Assembly: GCA_963924565.1 (NCBI GenBank)
Contig: OZ004612.1
Coordinates: forward strand, 14,694,001 to 14,758,000
Source: Ascidiella aspersa
Lineage: Eukaryota
Direction of reading: 5' to 3'
Length of the DNA stretch: 64,000 nt
The notes beneath the pieces were generated by a model that worked only from the letters and a program-made list of their open reading frames with translations, was not told the origin of the DNA and did no database searches. A program made the translations under genes and the position numbers. Shown one piece after another: positions 61,901 to 64,000 of the stretch; within the stretch, counting starts at the first letter, position 1; every line of letters begins with the position of its first letter.

Positions 61901-63318
61901 GCAACTGACGTGAGACAATTGGCCTTTCACTTGCTAATGGGTTTTAATGGCTTCGGGATGTTAGTGGAATCGCTTTGTCTTAAACGTTTGGCAGAAACCC
62001 GAAGTCAATATGCTCCCTTCTACTAGCTGTGAACCTTGTTGCACTGACAAACCTTTTTTTGTTCCTTTCACAAGGAAAACGGCAAGCTCATTCTTCGTTT
62101 TAACGTTGGTGGAGCGAGCGACGTGGTGCTGAGAGAAGGAATGTCCGTTTCGGACGGAAGCTACCACACTGTGCAGGTGCGCCGCCAGTGGCTGAACGCC
62201 ACCATGCGTGTCGACAATTGGCCGGTCAGAAGCGTCGCCCCGCCCGGTAAGTTGGTCACGTGATGTTGATGATACAAATAGTTACGTTTGTGTAACGTCG
62301 AGTATTTAAATAAACAGAAAAAGTAAAATCGACGGTTTGATTTTTTTGAAGATTTGAAATATACGTGTTTTTCTATTGTTGTAAAACTAATTTACTAGAA
62401 AACAAATGGTTGTTGACGATTTTTAAAATCCAAGTTTTTGGAAATATTATAATTAACAACGTTAGTGTGCTACAATTTGGTAAAAAGTTATTATTGGTTT
62501 CTATTTTCACCTTTGATTATACTGCCTAAAAAGAATATGAATAAAAACCTTGCATTCTGACCGATAGTTGTACAATTTGCATGTGCATTTTACTTAACGT
62601 TCATCGTTTTCAATAGCAGCAGTAACATAACCATCATTTTAGCTGTTTATCCCGTTAACCTTAACCAACAACCATCACCGCTCTGTAAAACGATGTGTGG
62701 CCTGTTTCTCTCGATGCACGTGAATACTAACGATTTCATCCTAACCGAATGGCATAGCAGGAACGCAGTAACATAAACGTCGTAACAACCGGTCTTGGTG
62801 TGCTGGCGGGAAGGTGGCCAAAATAATTCCACAATAGAAAAGACTCACCGGACAAATTTGGTTAAATTGTTTACCGTTTAAAACACGAAATGTAGAGCGG
62901 CACATGATCATTTTTTTTAATCATATCATGATCCTACGTTTGCAATACAAAAGCCCCGCCAATTATGTTAACGCTTTATTAACAACTTAAAACACCCGAA
63001 ATCCATTGTCAACCACAAGTCTCAGGTCCCCTGATAAACGCGAACAGTCATTAATAATGTTAAGTCTAATTAGTGAACAATTATATTTTCCAAATTAAAA
63101 AAATGACTCAGACGACATAAACTCTTGTGTAAATTCAATTTCATCTTGCTCCTATGGAGCTTGTCTCCAAAACCCAATAACAAATTTGCTCTCCCCACGG
63201 TTCCTTCTTTTATATACGTTTCTTGTTGTAGGGGATGCACGTTCCCGCTTTGCTCGCGTGATACCCTCGATAGCTTCCCCTGCCCGTCCCACCATTGATA
63301 AGTGGTTGCAACGCAAAG
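22133..63318 (+). CDS. NRXN: alpha-Neurexin, 5' part (signal peptide, LNS1-EGF1-LNS2-LNS3-EGF2-LNS4-LNS5-EGF3-LNS6 partial); continues beyond the window
   Basis: 20 phase-consistent backbone exons (3739 nt to 62246, using LNS6 exon A) with neurexin-specific motifs [89 protein letters not shown]. Confidence 0.96.
23025..23122 (+). CDS. NRXN: Neurexin EGF1 exon
   Basis: [32 protein letters not shown]; donor gtgagt. Confidence 0.95.
23789..23827 (+). CDS. NRXN: Neurexin SS1-like 39-nt cassette exon (predicted)
   Basis: cgcgttag|...|gtgaga, phase 1-1, no stop, [13 protein letters not shown]; resembles vertebrate SS1 GLAHLMMGDQ. Confidence 0.65.
27480..27620 (+). CDS. NRXN: Neurexin LNS2 exon a
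   Basis: [46 protein letters not shown]. Confidence 0.95.
30735..30837 (+). pseudogene. Degenerate partial duplicate of LNS2 exon a with its upstream intron flank (pseudo-exon or poison exon; exon part 30765-30837)
   Basis: 51/67 nt identical to 27480-27546 without indels; acceptor tgacag retained; GGA changed to in-frame TGA at 30794-30796. Confidence 0.85.
31145..31308 (+). CDS. NRXN: Neurexin LNS2 exon b
   Basis: [55 protein letters not shown]. Confidence 0.96.
32674..32700 (+). CDS. NRXN: Neurexin SS2 27-nt microexon (possible longer form to 32754)
   Basis: Phase 0-0 TRDDPTPAM|gtaaag at the SS2 position; UGC-rich upstream intron; second in-frame GT at 32755. Confidence 0.75.
32869..32960. 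repeat. ~45-bp tandem duplication downstream of the SS2 microexon
   Basis: ATGTCTTT(G)TTTCTTAATGTAATGTGCCCTGGTACRCAAATAACCC present twice. Confidence 0.9.
35243..35410 (+). CDS. NRXN: Neurexin LNS2 exon c
   Basis: [56 protein letters not shown]. Confidence 0.96.
36316..36537 (+). CDS. NRXN: Neurexin LNS2/LNS3 junction exon
   Basis: [18 protein letters not shown]...VQFACAK...PVSFITPES...[11 protein letters not shown]. Confidence 0.95.
36972..37079 (+). CDS. NRXN: Neurexin LNS3 exon
   Basis: [36 protein letters not shown]. Confidence 0.94.
37761..37883 (+). CDS. NRXN: Neurexin LNS3 exon
   Basis: [41 protein letters not shown]. Confidence 0.93.
38143..38307 (+). CDS. NRXN: Neurexin LNS3 exon
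   Basis: [55 protein letters not shown]. Confidence 0.94.
44979..45294 (+). CDS. NRXN: Neurexin EGF2 and start of LNS4
   Basis: [33 protein letters not shown]...SFDGTQHM...EDISLRFRT. Confidence 0.96.
45870..45962 (+). CDS. NRXN: Neurexin LNS4 exon preceding SS3
   Basis: [31 protein letters not shown]. Confidence 0.94.
46226..46255 (+). CDS. NRXN: Neurexin SS3 30-nt microexon
   Basis: tacag|...|gtaagt, phase 1-1, [10 protein letters not shown] versus vertebrate SS3 DCIRINCNSS. Confidence 0.9.
48033..48152 (+). CDS. NRXN: Neurexin LNS4 exon following SS3
   Basis: [39 protein letters not shown]. Confidence 0.95.
50538..52013. mobile_element. Non-autonomous hAT element (~1.48 kb) with a second hAT-like left end nested at 50862
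   Basis: TIRs CAGTGGTTCCCAACC / GCTTGGGAACTACTG; perfect 8-bp TSD CACTAGAT at 50530-50537 and 52014-52021; GGACCCC subterminal repeats; no transposase ORF. Confidence 0.9.
53223..53272. repeat. 24-bp tandem duplication
   Basis: TCGTAATATTAGCTTTTACTTAAG present twice. Confidence 0.85.
54876..55032 (+). CDS. NRXN: Neurexin LNS4 exon
   Basis: [52 protein letters not shown]; phase 1-2. Confidence 0.92.
55655..55780 (+). CDS. NRXN: Neurexin LNS4/LNS5 junction exon
   Basis: [41 protein letters not shown]; phase 2-2. Confidence 0.92.
56087..56231 (+). CDS. NRXN: Neurexin LNS5 exon
   Basis: [48 protein letters not shown]. Confidence 0.95.
56439..56652. mobile_element. Degenerate hAT MITE in a neurexin intron
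   Basis: CAGTGATTTACAAACT ... GCTTGAGAATCCTTG; TSD ATCTAACA/CTCTAACA (7/8). Confidence 0.65.
56851..57004 (+). CDS. NRXN: Neurexin LNS5 exon
   Basis: [51 protein letters not shown]. Confidence 0.95.
57334..57513 (+). CDS. NRXN: Neurexin LNS5 exon
   Basis: [42 protein letters not shown]...VAAGCL. Confidence 0.95.
58487..58606 (+). CDS. NRXN: Neurexin EGF3 exon
   Basis: [39 protein letters not shown]. Confidence 0.96.
59330..59347 (+). CDS. NRXN: Predicted 18-nt microexon between EGF3 and LNS6
   Basis: attgtttctttccatttag|ACGTCAGTAAACTGCCCG|gtaagc; phase 1-1; encodes HVSKLP. Confidence 0.65.
60445..60629 (+). CDS. NRXN: Neurexin LNS6 first exon, variant A (canonical-like; mutually exclusive with B)
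   Basis: 185 nt, phase 1-0; [35 protein letters not shown]...QDFLLLAI|gtgagt. Confidence 0.95.
60646..60866 (+). promoter_or_regulatory. Predicted intronic pre-mRNA stem with adjacent putative branch point between LNS6 exons A and B
   Basis: 60653-60669 pairs with 60825-60841 (15/17 Watson-Crick); 60672-60680 pairs with 60809-60818; TACTTAC at 60860-60866. Confidence 0.65.
60928..61112 (+). CDS. NRXN: Neurexin LNS6 first exon, variant B (divergent tandem duplicate; mutually exclusive with A)
   Basis: 185 nt, phase 1-0, open frame; [36 protein letters not shown]...KDFLRLAI|gtgaga. Confidence 0.88.
62075..62246 (+). CDS. NRXN: Neurexin LNS6 second exon (precedes SS4)
   Basis: [57 protein letters not shown]. 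Confidence 0.96.
63232..63318 (+). CDS. NRXN: Neurexin SS4 cassette exon (87 nt)
   Basis: Long pyrimidine tract then tag|; phase 1-1; [29 protein letters not shown](G) versus vertebrate SS4 ...RVVDEWLLDKG. Confidence 0.88.
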
Positions 63319-64000
63319 GTACTAACAAAACTCGGTGTCGTGTACATTCTTAATATGCTTCCTAACATGTTAAACACTATACTTTGTATATACGGTCGTG
63401 CTGTCTGTCTATGTTTCTGTATTTAAATGCTACTAACCCTGTTTATTTACATTAACGTATTACGCTTTGTGCATGAACCCTAGTTTTTGTTTGGTCAAGA
63501 CAACAATTGCTGCTTTGTACAGCGAATATTTCCTCCGTAAACCATCTGAATTGCGTGATTACACACGTCTGTGTTCGAAAGCAGCTCGTTTTCAACCTTG
63601 CCAAAACTACATTGCCTTTCTGAAAAAATAAACAAACATATCGTATTGTTAAGTACTGCAAAATTACGATTGAACCCATGCTTGATAATCCTAATATTCA
63701 AGTAAAATCCTGTGTATGATTAACCTAATCCATAAATTGTTGTAAATTCTCTAAAACAGTAAAACCAAGTCGGATTAAAGCTTTCATAACTCTTCACTAA
63801 AATTAATAAAAATCGGTGTGGACGTATTTTATGTACGATTTTCACAAGTTTATAAAGATTTATGAAAAGTATGATTTACCGATCACCTGAGTGCTTTTTC
63901 TGCAGTCTACTGATACAGTTAGAGAAACCCTGAATTAAACCGCTGTCGATTTAACAGTATTCGAACGTTGCGCACCGCCAAGAGACTAACTTATTCTTTG

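Noticed and set aside
63523-63623. Next LNS6 exon (RKQLVFN resembles RQLTIFN)
   Set aside because: The frame hits TGA before any donor and lacks the following IGG/FQG motifs; the true exon is probably beyond the window.

Overview
This is AT-rich, intron-rich animal DNA; an invertebrate chordate such as an ascidian is my inference and cannot be proven from this window. It holds two + strand genes. (1) A complete DDOST/OST48 gene: 9 coding exons, 3155-7792, 437 aa. (2) The 5' ~41 kb of an alpha-neurexin, ATG at 22133: signal peptide, LNS1-EGF1-LNS2-LNS3-EGF2-LNS4-LNS5-EGF3 and most of LNS6, continuing past the window end. I assembled 20 backbone exons by hand, counting one of the two alternative LNS6 exons, and every intron phase is consistent. 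The main discovery is the neurexin's alternative-splicing architecture. The first exon of the ligand-binding LNS6 domain exists as two tandem, diverged 185-nt copies (60445-60629 and 60928-61112) whose phases force mutually exclusive use. The 298-nt intron between them can fold into a long stem that brings the exon-A donor next to the putative exon-B branch point, a candidate steric exclusion switch. The gene also carries recognisable counterparts of vertebrate splice sites SS1-SS4, a candidate 18-nt microexon between EGF3 and LNS6, and a decayed duplicate of an LNS2 exon. The rest is hAT-type MITEs (two with perfect 8-bp TSDs), a tRNA-derived relic, short duplications and GC-rich non-coding islands. 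Most ORF-track entries are spurious or are read-throughs of single exons. All splice calls are sequence predictions without transcript data, and vertebrate comparison sequences are quoted from memory.
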